Shown: positions 22,831 through 35,025 of the stretch, piece by piece
Layout of the letters: the number at the start of each line of letters is the position of its first letter
Position numbering within the stretch: position 1 is the stretch's first letter
NCBI RefSeq assembly: GCF_001194135.2
Contig: NC_069004.1
Location: 12,272,333-12,316,033, forward strand
Direction of reading: 5' to 3'
Source: Octopus bimaculoides
Lineage: Eukaryota
Length of the DNA stretch: 43,701 bases
Program-made: the position numbers and the translations under genes
The notes under the pieces: model-generated
Told to the model about the DNA's origin: nothing
Seen by the model: only the letters and a program-made list of their open reading frames with translations
Databases searched by the model: none

Positions 22831-23450
22831 GTTTTTGTTGCATTTCAGCCATGTGTGAATGCTTGCAGGAACATGTAGCTGGATATGTGTGTCAGCTGTG
22901 TGTATCAGCTGCATGTGTATATCAGTTGTGTGTGTACGAATACACGTGCATTAGTGTCTGCCGTATGTGTATGTATGCACATATGGCTTGGGATGCATGT
23001 ATAGGTGTTTGTGCATGTAGATTCTTTGTGAACCTGAATATGTACATGCATGAATGTGTATGTGTTTGTCTGAATGAATGTGTGTGTGTGTGTTTATATC
23101 TGGTGTGTATGCACGTATCTGATATTTGTATGTGTATGCTAATGCAGTGGCAACAATGTCATTTGGAAAAGGTAACCAGATTAGGCTTTGGATTGAGATT
23201 TGATAGTTTAGAAGACAAAAAAAAAGACAAGAAAACATACATAGACATGTTTGTGTGTGTGTGTGCACAGCCATGGATATGAAGATTATCACAGGCAGTT
23301 ACAGTATCTTGCCCTTGATCATGTGGCAGCCAGTGTTACAGTGTTATATCTGGGTTGTTGGTGACAAGTGGTTTGAAGTTTATCAGAAGGGTGTACCTCT
23401 GGTAGCAGCTATATGACAGTTTGTTTTTCTGGTTGGTGGAATCTTTGCAG

Positions 23451-23489
23451 TCTTTCATAGAGGCAGAGCTGGCAATTGAGGGGCACCGG
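23451..23489 (+). CDS. Candidate 39-nt microexon SFIEAELAIEGHR
   Basis: TTTGCAG acceptor, CGG|GTGAGT donor, phase 0-0, open frame. Confidence 0.25.
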
Positions 23490-24039
23490 GTGAGTAAGGC
23501 AGGGTCCTGTCGATGAGCAGAAAGTTAGAAAAGTAATTGAAGGGCCAATAGTTTTGTGCCTGGCATTTATCAAACTTACTTCAAATCCAAAAGCTTGTCT
23601 TTTATATTGAGTGGGAATAACATTTCGTCCTGAAACAGCTGGTGAAAATTCATATGAGGATCTTGTGCAAATTTGTGAGATTTCAAATAATCTGTCTGTT
23701 AAAGAGAGGGTAGTTTTGAGAGAAAATGACATGCAGGCAAAAATAAATCATATTCTCACACACATGCACACACACACACACACACACACACACGCATGCA
23801 CGCTCGCTCGCACGCGCGTGCATGTTCCTGCTCACAGACATGTAAATATGATACGCTCACATGCATGTATGTGTGGAGATACCCATACGCAAACACACAT
23901 ACACACACTCATAAATAAAGATATACACACACCCACATACACACATATAAATACAGACACACATGAATGCATGTATGGACACACACACACACACACATAC
24001 ATGTATCCAATGCATATAAACATGGGACATGAATATTGA

Positions 24040-24077
<38 letters not shown>

Positions 24078-24319
24078 CACACATATATACACCTGAGGAC
24101 ATTTAAGTTGTATCTAGAATACTTTCAACATTCCTTTATATTTGGTTGTTGAAGAGACAGACTTGCAGATAGATAGCATTGACTTTGATGTTCAGTTTTC
24201 TGAGTTCAATTCACTCTGGCAACAAGGCACCAATCCAGGACTCTCAGTCTTTCACTGCATTTAAATGACAAATCAATTTTATCAAAAGAGAAACTAAATG
24301 AAATGAAAATAAATAGATC

Positions 24320-24322
24320 CTC

Positions 24323-24371
<49 letters not shown>

Positions 24372-24935
24372 ATCTATCTCTTCTCTTCCTCCCTCTCTTA
24401 CTCTCTCTCTCTCTCTAAATCTTTCCTGCTCTCTCTTTTTCTTCCTCTCCCTCTCTCTTTTATCCTCTCTTTTACACTCTCCCATTCTCTTATTTACTCT
24501 CTTACTCTCTTTCTACCCTTCTCCCTGTCTTTCCTTCCTTTCTCTTTCTCTCTCCCTTTCTCTCTTATTCCATTCTCTCCCTCCCTCCTCTCTTTCTCCC
24601 CTTTTATTCATCTTCTCCTTTTACTCCCCCCCTCCCCCCTTTATTTACCCAATTATTCTCCCTTCCATTCTTACCGTTTTATACATTTCTCAATCAATCT
24701 TCTTCTCTTCCATTCTTACATTTTCTTCCCCCATTTGCCTCACCATTAATCTCTGATACCTGTGCCTCCCCACACAACAATTTTTCTTTCCACAAAAGTT
24801 TTGGAATTCATTTCAGGAAATATTTTCAGTTAAAAAAAAAAAACACAAAACAAAAACAGCCTGATTCATCATCATCATCATTGGTATTATTGTAGTAGCA
24901 GGAGCAGCAGCAGCAGCAGCAGAAGCAGCAGCAGC

Positions 24936-24996
<61 letters not shown>
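24320..24996. repeat. (CT)n and pyrimidine tract, then (GCA)n/(GTA)n microsatellites
   Basis: Direct reading. Confidence 0.95.
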
Positions 24997-25209
24997 AAGC
25001 TTTCAAATGCTAATTTAATGAGCAGAAATGTTATCCTGAGATTTGGTGACAATAAGTCTCCTCAAATCTTAAGAATATTTCTTAAGATTCTTGTACAATA
25101 CACAAGTACAGGAGGACACTTTTCTGCAGGTTAACAATACGTGTCTCAATTCTAATATCCTTCAGCATATCATCAGCATCATCATCACTATCATCATCAT
25201 CATCATTTT

Positions 25210-25515
25210 TATTACCAAGGCAGAGGTATTGTTTTCAGTTGTGTTTGTTTGTTTGTTTGTCCGTGGACAAGATATCTCAAGAACCGCTGGATGGATTCAG
25301 ATGAAACTTTCAGAGATGTTTAGTCTTATGACTGGCACAAACTGATTAAATTTTAGAATCGATCTCGTACCGGACAAGGATTCTAAATTATTTTTCCTGT
25401 TTTTTTGCTTAATTTTTGAGGGCAGTCAAATTCATTTTTAGTATTCTTGTTTGTGAGAGCAGTTGAGTTAATTTAAGATATTCTCATTTTAAAAATCATT
25501 TCCAGCTAATCATTA
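25210..25515 (+). mobile_element. Truncated Helentron-type non-autonomous element (HINE), same family as 30734-31103
   Basis: AGGCAGAGGTATTGTTTTCAG...GTTTGTCCGTGGACAAGATATCTCAAGAACC...GATGAAACTTTCAG shared with the second copy. Confidence 0.75.
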
Positions 25516-25544
25516 GCCAGATCCAGCCTCTCACACTTGCCCTG

Positions 25545-25735
25545 AACCCTTTAGCATTCAGATTTCTCTGTCAAAAGTACCTTATCTCTTAGCTTTTGAG
25601 ATTTCAATGATGTGATTGTTTATTTTAATAATGATATTGTTGGGCAAGTATGAGAGACTGGATCTGGCCAGTTTGAAGATAAAGCAGATAGATTATTTTG
25701 GCTGGACATGACCAGTTTAAACGCTAAATGGTTGA
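25545..25735 (+). mobile_element. piggyBac-type MITE (internally deleted)
   Basis: Ends CCCTTTAGCATTCAG and AAACGCTAAATGGTTG, degenerate versions of TTAA|CCCTTTAGC...GCTAAAGGG|TTAA. Related ends occur at 7755-7768 and 42328-43044. Confidence 0.65.
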
Positions 25736-26547
25736 AGGTGATAGAGTGTTATTTGAGGGAGGTCTGAGCGAGGATTTGGCTGTTATTTCTAACAGCTTGT
25801 GTGAGGGCATAGAAGCCCTTTCATTGTTGCCTAGCAACTGCTAGTTGTGTGCCTGGTGTGTGAGATACGGGATATGACAAGGACTGAAATGAAAAAGATT
25901 CTCATAACATCCAAAAGTGAATGGAAGCGAAAAAATAAATAAAGAGTGAAGATATTATCAAACCTATTGGAACTTGATCTGTGGTGGCCCCATTTAACTG
26001 AAGAGTGGTCATTCTTAACCAATAAACAACATAATATGGCTCTAGAAATGCTACACTCTCTCACTGTCTCCTTTCTTCTCTCTTCCTCTCCCCCCATCCT
26101 TCTTTTTTTACTTTTATCTCCAAATATAATTCATTCTTTTCATCTTTCATAATATCATCTTACCAATATCACCAAGCTAGATTTTTCCATATCGCATTAA
26201 TATCGTATGATTCGATAGCATGTATATAACACAAGAACGGTCGTATGGTTTCAATATCAGGCTGGAAGTAATGAAGAAGGAGATCTACAATATTTATTCA
26301 TAATTCTCTCTCTCTGACATGGTTCTCTTTAGATATTATCCAACCAACCACTTAACAACTTTGCTTTGCTGCAGAATTTTCTTCTGCTCGAATAAGATAA
26401 CTGCTGAGCTCCTCATCCAATTAAATCTCACAGCTTTTCCTCATTTTTCTCACCTTTTTTTTTTTTACTTTGTAATTACACACACACACACACATCATCA
26501 TCATCATCATCTTAATCATCATCATCATCTTGCTCATCATTGTCATC

Positions 26548-27005
26548 ATCGTTTTTTTAATGTCCACTTTTCCATGTTTGCATGGGTCGGGTGAAATTTG
26601 TTGAGGCAGATTTTCTACAGCTGGGTGCCCTTGCTGTCGACAACCTTCAACTGTTTCTAAGTAAGGTTAATACGCCCCCACCCCACCCCCCGTAACCAAA
26701 CGCATCTTGGAAGATTGGAAATAAAGAACATTACTTATATGACAGTGGCACCTGCTTGCAGCTTTCACAAAGATGTCAAGGCAAGGCGACATTAATACAC
26801 ACACACACGCACACACACACACACACACATATTGATATATAAAAATGTCAATACACAGTGGGCTTCTATCAGTTTTTGTCTACCAAATCCACTTTCAAGG
26901 CTTTGACTGGTCTAGGGCTTTAGTAGATGTTTGCCCAAGATGTCATGCAGTGGAACTGAACCCAACATATGTTGTTTGGAAGCATACCACACAATCATAC
27001 CTGCA
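26548..27005 (-). mobile_element. SINE B-tail variant (26548-26790) and SINE A head half (26825-27005)
   Basis: Reverse-complement modules of families B and A. Confidence 0.75.
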
Positions 27006-27022
27006 CCTTTACACACATGCAT

Positions 27023-27061
<39 letters not shown>

Positions 27062-27074
27062 NNNNNNNNNNACA

Positions 27075-27858
27075 CACACACAGCAAAAGTGAATTGTACC
27101 TGTAATTCAAAGGGCCAACCTTGTCAGATTCTGCATCACCCTGGATCTCCCTGAGAACTACATTGAAGGTACACGTGCCTGTGGAGCACTCAGCCACTTG
27201 CACATTAATTTCATGAGCAGGCCATTCCATTGATCAGATCAGCTTAAACTCTTGTCATCTTAACTGACAGAGTGCCAGTTAAAAAATAAATCTGTGTGTG
27301 TGTGTGTGTGAGTGAGAAGATGCATGGCTTAGTGGTTAAGGTGTTGCACTCACGATTACGAGATCATGGGTTCGATTCCCAGACTGGGCATTGCGTTGTG
27401 TTCTTGAGCAAAGCACTTCATTTCACATTGCTCTGTGATCATTTCGTCATCTGACATGTGGCACCCGTTGCCCCTGTACAGGTAACGTCGATCTTATCGA
27501 GGGAGTGAGCTTATGTCTATATAAACATTTGATCACTATAAACAAATCATCTGTGTGGTTGTTCGGTAAGGAATTGTCAAATCCTCATACATCGTCTAAA
27601 CCAAAAGAAGCCTGTCATATATTTCTGTGTATCTATGTGTATGTGTATCTGTTTGTTCCTCACCACCACCATCACTTGACAACCTGTGTTGGTATGTTTA
27701 CGTCCCTGTAACTTAGCAATCCAGAAAAAGACACTGATAGAATAAGTACCAGGCTTTCAAAAAAAAAAAGTATTGGGGTCAATTCATTCAACTAAAAGGT
27801 CTTCATGGCAGTGCCCCAGCATGGCCACAGTCTAATAACTGAAACAAGTAAAAGATAA
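27075..27858 (+). mobile_element. SINE cluster: D 3' part (27075-27285), D-head variant (27320-27600), A 3' half (27640-27858)
   Basis: Family modules as above. The head reads TGGCTTAGTGG...GGTTCGATTCC with clear A and B boxes. Confidence 0.85.
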
Positions 27859-28403
27859 CACAGGAAAGATACATTTGAACCAAGGAAACATTTCCAAAGA
27901 TTTTGGTAGAATAATTCTCTAAGATTATTGGTGTGTCGTTTAGATCGGAATCTTTCGTTCCAGTCTGTTGATGTGGTATCAAATGCCAGACGATCTGGAA
28001 TATCTTCTGTTCTCATTAACACTTAATGTTAATTAGTTTCAGTTCATTACTATTGAAATGCTTGTCAGTTTATAAATTAATGGCAATCATGATTCCGATT
28101 AAATCTTGGAACATCAATGGTCCAAGTCTCTGAATTTTTCAAAATATATTGATGGAAACATTGCTAAGACAATTTTTTCATTAAATATCCTCTATGTTTT
28201 AATTCTTTTGAGATAAGGATTTTAATTTTCTTTATAGTGGGGAGAAATGGGGGTATTCTTGAGAATATATTCAATGGAATTGATTTTTTTTTTTTTTTTN
28301 NNNNNNNNNTTTTTTTTTTTTTTGCTTTTTTGTCATCTTTTTTATGTTATTATCTCTTAATATATTTTATTGAGTTTTATTGATTTTTCTTTTTGCAACA
28401 TAC

Positions 28404-28457
28404 CGTAAAACAGAACTAATATCAATTGTCCAATACAAGTTTTCAAAATCTCAATGA
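28404..28457 (-). CDS. Candidate 54-nt symmetric exon xIEILKTCIGQLILVLFYx
   Basis: TTGTTTTGTCTTTGCTAG acceptor, ACG|GTATGT donor, phase 1-1, only one of three frames open. Confidence 0.35.
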
Positions 28458-28656
28458 CTAGCAAAGACAAAACAATGATTCCAAACGGTTGTTTGGTTCT
28501 GTTATTTTATTTCTTGGAAATATTGGGAAGAGAACCAAAAATGTCAAAAGAAAATTATCCCCAAAACAAAAAGTTATGACAAATTGGGAAACCTATTGTT
28601 TTAAAGTATTCATTTTGTTTTTCTCTGCAGGTTATTCATGTATGTATGTACATACG

Positions 28657-28691
<35 letters not shown>

Positions 28692-28711
28692 ATCATATAT
28701 GTAGATATATG

Positions 28712-29425
28712 CTCTTTTACTCTTTTACTCTTTTACTTGTTTCAGTCATTTGACTGCGGCCATGCTGGAGCACCGCCTTTAGTCAAGCAAATCGACCCCA
28801 GGACTTATTCTTTGTAAGCCTAGTACTTATTCTATCGGTTTCTTTTGCCGAACCGCTAAGTGACGGGGACATAAACACGCCAGCATCGGTTGTCAAGCAA
28901 TGTTGGGGGTGACAAACACAGACACATACACACATATATATACATATATACGACAGGCTTCTTTCAGTCTCTGTCTACCAAATCCACTCACAAGGCATTG
29001 GTTAGCTCACAGCTATTGTAGAAGACACTTTTAAAGTGTTACACTGTAGGACTGAACCGAAAACCATGTGGTTACCAAATAGACTAAACAAACCAACACT
29101 TTGTTTAGTCTACCTCTTTGTCGAGCAGTTGTCTGCATTATAACAATTTCTATTCATCAGAATGACAGATGTTTTCAGGTAGAAAGGATAAAAACTCAGA
29201 ATACAATAATTGCTAAAATAAAAATAGTGAAACAATACAAAATACATTTTCTATTTAATTTATATATATAGGCTTGGCTGTGTAGTAAGAAGCTTGCTTC
29301 TCAACCACACGATTCTGGGTTCAGTCCATCCGCATGACACCTTGGGCAAGTGTCTTCTGCTGTAGCCTCTGGCCAACCAAACCCTTATGAGTGGAATTGG
29401 TAGGCATAAACTGAAGGAAGCCCAT

Positions 29426-29430
<5 letters not shown>
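28712..29430. mobile_element. Divergent SINE A pair (- 28712-29075; + head 29271-29430)
   Basis: Family A modules. The 3' half of the minus copy retains its CpGs. Confidence 0.88.
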
Positions 29431-29457
<27 letters not shown>

Positions 29458-29853
29458 NNNNNNNNNNNNNNNNNNNNNNNNNNNNNNNNNNNNNNNNNNN
29501 NNNNNNNNNNNNNNNNNNNNNNNNNNNNNNNNNNNNNNNNNNNNNNNNNNNNNNNNNNNNNNNNNNNNNNNNNNNNNNNNNNNNNNNNNNNNNNNNNNNN
29601 NNNNNNNNNNNNNNNNNNNNNNNNNNNNNNNNNNNNNNNNNNNNNNNNNNNNNNNNNNNNNNNNNNNNNNNNNNNNNNNNNNNNNNNNNNNNNNNNNNNN
29701 NNNNNNNNNNNNNNNNNNNNNNNNNNNNNNNNNNNNNNNNNNNNNNNNNNNNNNNNNNNNNNNNNNNNNNNNNNNNNNNNNNNNNNNNNNNNNNNNNNNN
29801 NNNNNNNNNNNNNNNNNNNNNNNNNNNNNNNNNNNNNNNNNNNNNNNNNNNNN
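29458..29853. other. Assembly gap within a (TA)n tract
   Basis: Run of N. Confidence 1.
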
Positions 29854-29893
<40 letters not shown>

Positions 29894-30194
29894 TGTGAGC
29901 TTTGGAGGCATATATCATCTGGGTGGATACAGTGGTGGCTCCCAGTTATGTTCCAGGCTATGGCTAACCGCATCAATCAGTATTTAATATCTATGACTAC
30001 TATTAGTTGTTATTTGCTCTGTAAATTCCTCCAATGGGTAATTCCATGTTCGCTTCACCAGACAGTAATATAGTCTGGAGTATATATTAGCAATAATTAT
30101 AACGATATAGAACATGGAAACTTGTTCATCTTCAAATTTATTTCCTTTTATTTTACAGTTTTATTTAGCATATCTTTATATCTATCCATGTATG

Positions 30195-30515
30195 TCTTTG
30201 TGTCTGTGTTTGTCCCCCATCACTGCTTGACAACCTGTGTTGGTGTGTTTATGTCCCCCATAACTTAGCAGGTTCAACAAAAGAGACTGATAGAATTAAT
30301 ACTAAGCTTACAAAGAATAAGTCCTGAGGTTGATTTCAACTAAAACCCTTTAAGGTGGTGCTCCAGCATGGCCGCAGTCAAAAGACACTGCTAGAATAAG
30401 TACCAGGCTTTAAAAAAAGAGTAATGTGGTCAATTCATTTCACTAAAAGTTCTTCAGGGTGGTGCCCCAGCATGGCCACAGTCTAATGACTGAAACAAGT
30501 AAAAGAGAAAAGATG
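30195..30515 (+). mobile_element. SINE A 3' half with a duplicated terminal module
   Basis: TAGAAT(T)AA...GGTG(G)TGC(T/C)CCAGCATGGCC occurs twice. Confidence 0.85.
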
Positions 30516-30588
30516 AATATTTATGTGAGTGTGTGTGTGTGTATTGATAAACATTTTAAACTGTTATGCAAATACAATTTCTTATTAA

Positions 30589-30632
<44 letters not shown>

Positions 30633-30733
30633 GTTCAGTAGTTTTATTTTTATAACATGCTTTCACTTCACTACCGAGCACAGCTCTGTGTGCCTTGGGC
30701 ATGTGCTGTGGTTTGCTGTGATTATTATTATTA

Positions 30734-31103
30734 TTATTACCTCCACCTTAGCAAAGGCAGAGGTATTGTTTCAGTCATGTTTGTCTGTTTGTCCGTGGAC
30801 AAGATACCTCAAGAACCACTGGATAGATTTGGATGAAACTTTCAGGGATGTTTGACCTTGTGATTGGCACAAACTGATTAGATTTTGGGATCGATTCAGT
30901 ACCAGACAAGGATTCTGGATTATTTTTCCTGTTTTTTTTTACTTAATTTTTGAGAGCAGTCAGGTTCATTTTTAGTATTCTCGTTTGTGAGAGCAGTCAA
31001 GTTTATTTCAGATATTCTTGTTTTAAAAACCATCTCTGGCTAATCCTTGAGAGGACGCTGGTGTTGCCTTGGTGGAGGTTTGTGCTCTCTGAGTGCTCTT
31101 GTT
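30734..31103 (+). mobile_element. Helentron-type non-autonomous element (HINE/DINE-like), apparently full length
   Basis: 5' TTATTACCTCCACC subterminal repeat with a nearby internal inverted copy GGCAGAGGT and GTTT repeats. 3' CCTTGGTGGAGGT subterminal repeat, then a GCTCTCTGAGTGC stem-loop and TCTTGTT end, in T-rich flanks. Confidence 0.75.
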
Positions 31104-32009
31104 AATTTTGCTTTCTTCAAATTGTTTTTATGCCATTTGACTTTTCATTACTCAGTAGTTTTCAGAAGGAAACTTTATTCTTTTGTTTTTTGTTTGTTCT
31201 CTGTTGGTGTTACCGTTCCCTTAATCTGTCTTGTTCCTGTGAAAGATTATCTAAATGAACTGAACCATTCCAGAGTGATCGGACTGGAAGAGAAGAAGCA
31301 GTTTTTTTCTATTTTGCAAAGATTTGTTTTTAGAAAAAAAGAATTCTATAAAGACAACGGATCATGAAGAAGAATCTGTCAGAATGAGTTGGATGTTCAC
31401 CTCCGGTGAAAGATTTCTTTAAGAAAATGAATCCTGAAAGAATAATGGCCTTCTTCAAAAGGATAAAATGAAAAAAAGTTTCTGAGTAAAACTATTGGTT
31501 TGTTTGTGAAATATGGTCACAAGTATGGCTAAGTAGCTTCAGTTGTTTGTTTTGGATTTGTGACCATGTGATTGCAGGTTCAGTCTCACTACAGAACGCC
31601 TTGGGGAACTGTCTTGTACTGTAGTTTCAGAGCCTTGTGTCATCCAGTACTTTGGTAGACAGGAACTGTACAGAAAAACCATTTTATAAGTGTGTGTGTA
31701 ACCTTTTGTTATGAATGGAGATATCAGTTTTTTGAACTTCTATCTCTATTCTGACCTAATGATGTAATGACAGCTACTACATCTCTCTTTTGATGTCAGA
31801 AAATAATAATAAACTTGTTAATCAATTATACTAATTACTTCTGTGGATCCTGATCCAACCTGCATCCTGTTCCTCTCTCTCTCTCTCTCTCTGACCCCCC
31901 CCCCNNNNNNNNNNNNNNNNNNNNNNNNNNNNCTCCACAAGGGCTACACATTTTACTCAAGCCTTAAAAATTGAAATTTAATCCCAAAGGTGCTGTAAAA
32001 TATCACAGA

Positions 32010-32885
32010 ATATTCATTTCAAATGTTGGTACAAGGCCAGCAATTTCGGAGGAGGGGGGTAAGTTGATTGCATCGACTCCTGGTACTCAGTTAGTACTTA
32101 TTTTATCAACGCCACCATTTAACTGATACTTTAAGGACGCAAGGTAAAAGTTGACCTCAACAGAATTCGAACTCAGAACACATAGATGGACAAAACATTG
32201 CTAAGCGTTTTGACCAATGTGTTAATGAATCTACTAGCTTGCCACCTTAGCCATTTTGATACCAAACAGCCCCAAGACCACCCATGGGTCTACGATACAA
32301 ACTTCTTATTTTAAAATGAACTAAATTAAAACATTCCATAAAATTTTTTATATTTATGTTCCGAACTCTAGTTTGTTGATGATAAAGATATTTTACAAAA
32401 TTCTTCATTATTACCAGAATTAATTAAAACAAAGTAGATCACTAAGAGCACCGTCCGAGCGTGATTGTTGCCAGAGCACCAGCTGTCTGGCTTCTGTGCT
32501 AGGAGCAAGTAAATAGCACCATTTGAGCGTGATTGTTACCAACATCGCCTTCCTGACACTTGTGCCAGTGGCATGTGAAAAGACATTCAAGCGAGTTCGT
32601 TGCCAGTACCGCTGGACTGGCTCCTCTGCAGGTGGCACGTAAAATACACCATTTCGAGCATGGCCATTGCCAGTACCTCCTGACTGGCCTTCATGTCGGT
32701 GGCACGTAAAAACACCCACTACACTCTTGGAGTGGTTGGCATTAGGAAGGGCATCCAGCTGTAGAAACTCTGCCAGATCAGATTGGAGCCTGGTGTAGCC
32801 ATCTGGTTCACCAGTCCTCAGTCAAATCATCCAACCCATGCTAGCATGGAAAGCGGACGTTAAACGATGATGATGATGTTGATGA
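32010..32885. mobile_element. SINE C (- 32010-32250) and long SINE B with internal tandem modules (+ 32415-32885)
   Basis: C modules reverse-complemented. B has repeated GAGCGTGATTGTT and GGCACGTAAAA units and a CpG-intact tail. Confidence 0.88.
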
Positions 32886-33477
32886 TGAAAGGCTGTGTAT
32901 TTAACAGGAATTCAGTAACAGAACGGTTAAAATAACACACAATATTAACACTTTTGAAATCTTCCATCTATTTTTCAATATTGGAAACTAGTAAACAAAG
33001 TGGGAAGTTTTCTCTTCCTGAGCAAACTTCAGTCTTTTTGGTTCCCATTACAAGCAATGGTTTGGCTGTTATAGTATTTGCTACTCTCAAATCCAAGAAT
33101 AAAGACATTGTTCTTAGCCTGGAGCTCTTTCTACATTAAGAAAACATAAAACTGTTGGAGCGAAAATGTGGTTCGGTTTTTTTATAAAATTGGATTTTAT
33201 TCCATAATGAGAGTACGTAGGAAGAGACTTGTTACTGAATGGCTTTGGTTGGCCCTGCATATTCCATGATGCTGAGGGCATTGCTGCCAAATACATGCAG
33301 TTGTAAAATACCTGCTCAAAGAATATCTGGGAATGTATGAAGTTTCTCTACTTCTTTTATGGTTTACCTGGAACAATGGTTTACCTGGAACAATGGTTAT
33401 ACATCAGAGGATAACAAAAAAAAAATTGATTCTATGTGGCTGAGATGAGGAAGTTTTATATTATATATATACAGTGA

Positions 33478-33780
33478 AGGTGCATGGCTCAGTGGTTACA
33501 GTATCAGGCTTACAATCATGAGGTAGTGAGTTTGATTCCTGGATCAGGCTGTGTGTTGTGTTCTTGAGCAAGACACTGTATTTCACGTTGCTCCAGTTCA
33601 CTCAGCTGTAGGAATGAGTTGTGACATCACTGGTGTCAAGCTGTGTCAGCCTTTGCCTTTCCCTTGGATAACATCAGTGGTGTGGAGAGGGAAGGCTGGT
33701 ATGCATGGGTGACTGCTGGTCTTCATTAACAACTTTGCCCAGACTTATGCCTAGGTGCAATCCCAGGGTCATTGATAACC
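33478..33780 (+). mobile_element. SINE D-head variant
   Basis: TGGCTCAGTGG A-box, GAGTTTGATTCC B-box, TTCTTGAGCAAGACACT. Confidence 0.85.
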
Positions 33781-33851
33781 GGAGATTGTCTTTTCACTTT
33801 TACAACAGTTTATATCAGTCTAACTTGTGTCCTCATCTTGATTGTTGATTT

Positions 33852-33893
33852 CACTACATTTCAGCTGTTGTATTCTCCAGCATTCTTCAGGTG
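33852..33893 (-). ncRNA. Decayed type I hammerhead (family HH-B)
   Basis: Minus strand reads CAC-CTGAAGA-ATGCTG-GAGAATACAA-CAGCT-GAAA-TG-TA-GTG. Stem III ATGT is consistent with CpG decay of a palindromic ACGT. Confidence 0.6.
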
Positions 33894-34179
33894 TCTTCTG
33901 TTGAACCCGGTTGCTGTATCTGAAATTTGAATCTGACTCTTTATTCGATCCATGGGGATACACTGTTCTCATCCCAATCTTTGCATTTCGTGACATTTTT
34001 TTGCTTCAGTTGAATTATGTGAATTTGCCTTAGTGCCTTGCCAGGGATTGAACTCAGAACTTCTAGCAGTTCACATAATTCAACTGAAGCAAAAAATGTC
34101 ACAGGAAGCAGAGAGCAGAATGAGAGAAGTGTAGAGTTCGGTTCAAAAGAACAATACAGCAATTGAGTGCAACACAAGA

Positions 34180-34220
34180 CACCTGAAGAAGCTGGAGCGT
34201 ACAACAGCCAAAATGTAGTG
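34180..34220 (+). ncRNA. Decayed type I hammerhead (family HH-B); identical duplicate at 34656-34696
   Basis: CAC-CTGAAGA-AGCTG-GAGCGTACAA-CAGCC-AAAA-TG-TA-GTG. CGAAACG has become CAAAATG, two CpG-type transitions. Confidence 0.55.
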
Positions 34221-34344
34221 AAAGTAAATATCACAATGAGAACATCAGTTCGACGAATATAAACCGTATTCATAAAAATAATTTGTTTACTAATTTATGA
34301 ATAAAAAAGAAAAATATTTTATGACAACCATAAAAATATATTCT

Positions 34345-34560
34345 TTCTTTTATTCTTTTACTTGTTTCAGTCATTTGACTGCGGCCATGCTGGAGCACCA
34401 CCTTTAGTCGAATCAAATCGACCCCAGGACTTATTCTTTGTAAACCTAGTACTTATTCTATCGGTCTCTTTTGCCAAACCACTAAGTTACGGGGACCTAA
34501 ACACACCAGCATCGGTTGTCAAGCGATGTTGGGGGAACAAACACAGACACACAAACATAT

Positions 34561-34590
<30 letters not shown>
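34345..34590 (-). mobile_element. Young SINE A 3' half
   Basis: CpG-rich copy nearly identical to 28712-28950. Confidence 0.9.
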
Positions 34591-34594
<4 letters not shown>

Positions 34595-34875
34595 TGCAAA
34601 CTNNNNNNNNNNTTCGGTTCAAAAGAACAATACAGCAATTGAGTGCAACACAAGACACCTGAAGAAGCTGGAGCGTACAACAGCCAAAATGTAGTGAAAG
34701 TAAATATCACAATGAGAACATCAGTTCGACGAATATAAACCGTATTCATAAAAATAATTTGTTTACTAATTTATGAATAAAAAAGAAAAATATTTTATGA
34801 CAACCATAAAAATGTAGGTGATATTTTTTTTTTTTTTTGTATCTTTTTTACCCATCACATTTTTGTAATTTTGAG

Positions 34876-35025
34876 ATTCCACTGAAAATTCCTGACAGAT
34901 TTTACAGAGGAATAGATTCTAAGCTGATCTTCAGAAATGTTGTTCTCCAAGTTATGTCAATTGTCATGCAACAATGTTTATATTCACAGACAGACAGGCA
35001 TATTTCTTGTGGTTTCAATTCAAAA
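34876..35025 (+). CDS. Candidate 150-nt exon IPLKIPDRFYRGIDSKLIFRNVVLQVMSIVMQQCLYSQTDRHISCGFNSK
   Basis: T-rich tract upstream, AAA|GTATGT donor, 50 open codons, phase 0-0. The GAG acceptor is atypical; alternative CAG acceptors lie inside. Confidence 0.3.

Noticed and set aside
23406-23450. LYDSLFFWLVE as a myosin motor LYxxLFxWLV motif
   Set aside because: There is an in-frame stop just upstream, a weak acceptor, and a non-myosin continuation.
25990-26040. CTGAAGA-GTGGT...ACCA-ATAAAC as a decayed hammerhead after a possible Penelope endonuclease end
   Set aside because: GAAA is absent (needs two substitutions), stem I is imperfect, and the upstream translation is not diagnostic.
32970-33135. 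KPLLVMGTKKTE as a small-GTPase NKxD-like motif
   Set aside because: The essential Asp and all other G-box motifs are missing, and the frame ends in a stop.
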